From a virus (taxonomy: Duplodnaviria; Caudoviricetes), in IMG/VR virus record IMGVR_UViG_3300025939_000002, positions 1,435 through 65,434 of that record: a stretch of 64,000 bases of DNA. One strand, written 5' to 3'. Both the position numbers and the translations under genes were made by a program. The stretch's first letter is position 1, and each line of letters starts with the position of its first letter. Below the pieces are notes generated by a model. The model had not been told where the DNA came from and ran no database searches. It saw only the letters and a program-made list of their open reading frames with translations. Below, piece by piece: positions 63,348 to 64,000 of this stretch.

Positions 63348-63514
63348 CGGCGCCGCCCGTCTTCGTAGAGCCCGAAAACCAGAGACGCGCCGAGGAATAC
63401 GACCGCGAGGCCAAGCTCGAGGGTCGCCGAGCCGGGGGTGTTGAGGCCGAGGTCCCAGAGCCCGACGAGAGCCCAGACGGCGGCGGAGAGCCCGAGGGCG
63501 GTGGAGGGCTTCAT
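63344..63514 (-). CDS. small 2-TM membrane protein
   Basis: Two hydrophobic segments; ATGA overlaps. Confidence 0.5.
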   Translation of the reverse strand: MKPSTALGLSAAVWALVGLWDLGLNTPGSATLELGLAVVFLGASLVFGLYEDGRRR

Positions 63515-63840
63515 GGCTCGGCGCCCTCGGGGGCGGCCGGCGGGCGGTGGCGGGCGATCAGGGCCCGGGCGCGCTCGTGCGCGCATGGCGGCTGGCAGGC
63601 GCAGTGGTCGGGGCCGACGAGCGCCGCAAGGGCCTTGAGCAGGTCCGGCGCGTCCTCGATGAGGCGGGCGAGTGCAGGGCCACGAACTGGCGAGCAGATC
63701 GCTCCGCCCGAGGCGATGACGAGAGGCGCGCCGGCGTCGTCGACGAGGGTGGGGACCGGCGCCGCGCCGGTTGCCGTCCGGTCGCCGTAGCGCCACTGCC
63801 ACGGCGTCGCCGGCCACCACGGCGGGCTGTGGGCGGTCAC
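63511..63840 (-). CDS. hypothetical phage protein (ARLI..APDLL.AL family)
   Basis: LARLIEDAPDLLKAL. Confidence 0.6.
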   Translation of the reverse strand: MTAHSPPWWPATPWQWRYGDRTATGAAPVPTLVDDAGAPLVIASGGAICSPVRGPALARLIEDAPDLLKALAALVGPDHCACQPPCAHERARALIARHRPPAAPEGAEP

Positions 63841-64000
63841 GGCCGCACCTCGGGTCCCGACGGCTCCGCCTCCGCGGCCGCCTTCTCCGCGAGCAGCTCG
63901 ACCGTCACCCGGACGCCCCGGTAGAGCAGCGCCCCGCAGGCGCGCTCCTCGTCGATGGTGGTGGCGATGGTCATCGTCCAGGGCTGGTCCTCCTCGCGCT
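63837..64000 (-). CDS. hypothetical protein, 3-prime part only
   Basis: Open frame ending EVRP* with GTGA overlap. Confidence 0.4.
   Translation of the reverse strand, partial: REEDQPWTMTIATTIDEERACGALLYRGVRVTVELLAEKAAAEAEPSGPEVRP

Noticed and set aside
403-63924. Many long plus-strand and alternate-frame ORFs (e.g. 403-1875, 15780-17000, 45628-47175, 57693-59534, 59441-60952)
   Set aside because: They are antisense or off-frame shadows of clear genes, expected in very GC-rich DNA, with Arg/Pro/Gly-rich sequence and no motifs.
1-64000. CRISPR array, DGR/retron reverse transcriptase, IS or Mu transposase
   Set aside because: No repeat-spacer array, RT (YxDD) protein or DDE transposase was recognised; the Cas4-like exonuclease sits in an Exo-Sak4-SSB recombination module.

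Overview
The window is a GC-rich temperate myovirus genome, probably nearly complete and circularly permuted, most likely from a Myxococcota host (inferred from myxobacterial-type sigma70-r4 proteins and Gly/Ser-linker lipoproteins). Most genes are on the minus strand. From right to left they are: late regulator, terS, ParB-methyltransferase, terL, a Mu-like head module (DUF935 portal, MuF, gpI protease, gpT capsid), a contractile tail and baseplate, tail fibres, RuvC, an inverted endolysin, control region 1, an early recombination operon (exonuclease, Sak4-like ATPase, SSB, ParB, DUF5131), a plus-strand accessory block (RHH regulator, lipoprotein/papain-protease/lipoprotein, DUF968, HigBA), xis-int, then MT-A70 methylase, DUF1643, a DnaA-IV protein, replication initiator, DnaB and MazG. 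The main points of interest are: (1) a ParB-DNA amino-methyltransferase with a complete PLP-dependent (ACC deaminase/PALP-like) domain inserted between its SAM-binding and catalytic motifs, a candidate new DNA-modification enzyme; (2) an intact attP (tRNA 3-prime end core plus inverted arm repeats) inside the integrase ORF, as in phage Mx8; (3) a portal with an inserted InPase-like domain and a MuF protein with a HExxH peptidase C-terminus plus a small downstream gene; (4) two divergent control regions built on ribbon-helix-helix proteins, with no CI-type repressor recognised. All product calls come from motif recognition by eye; no database searches were run.
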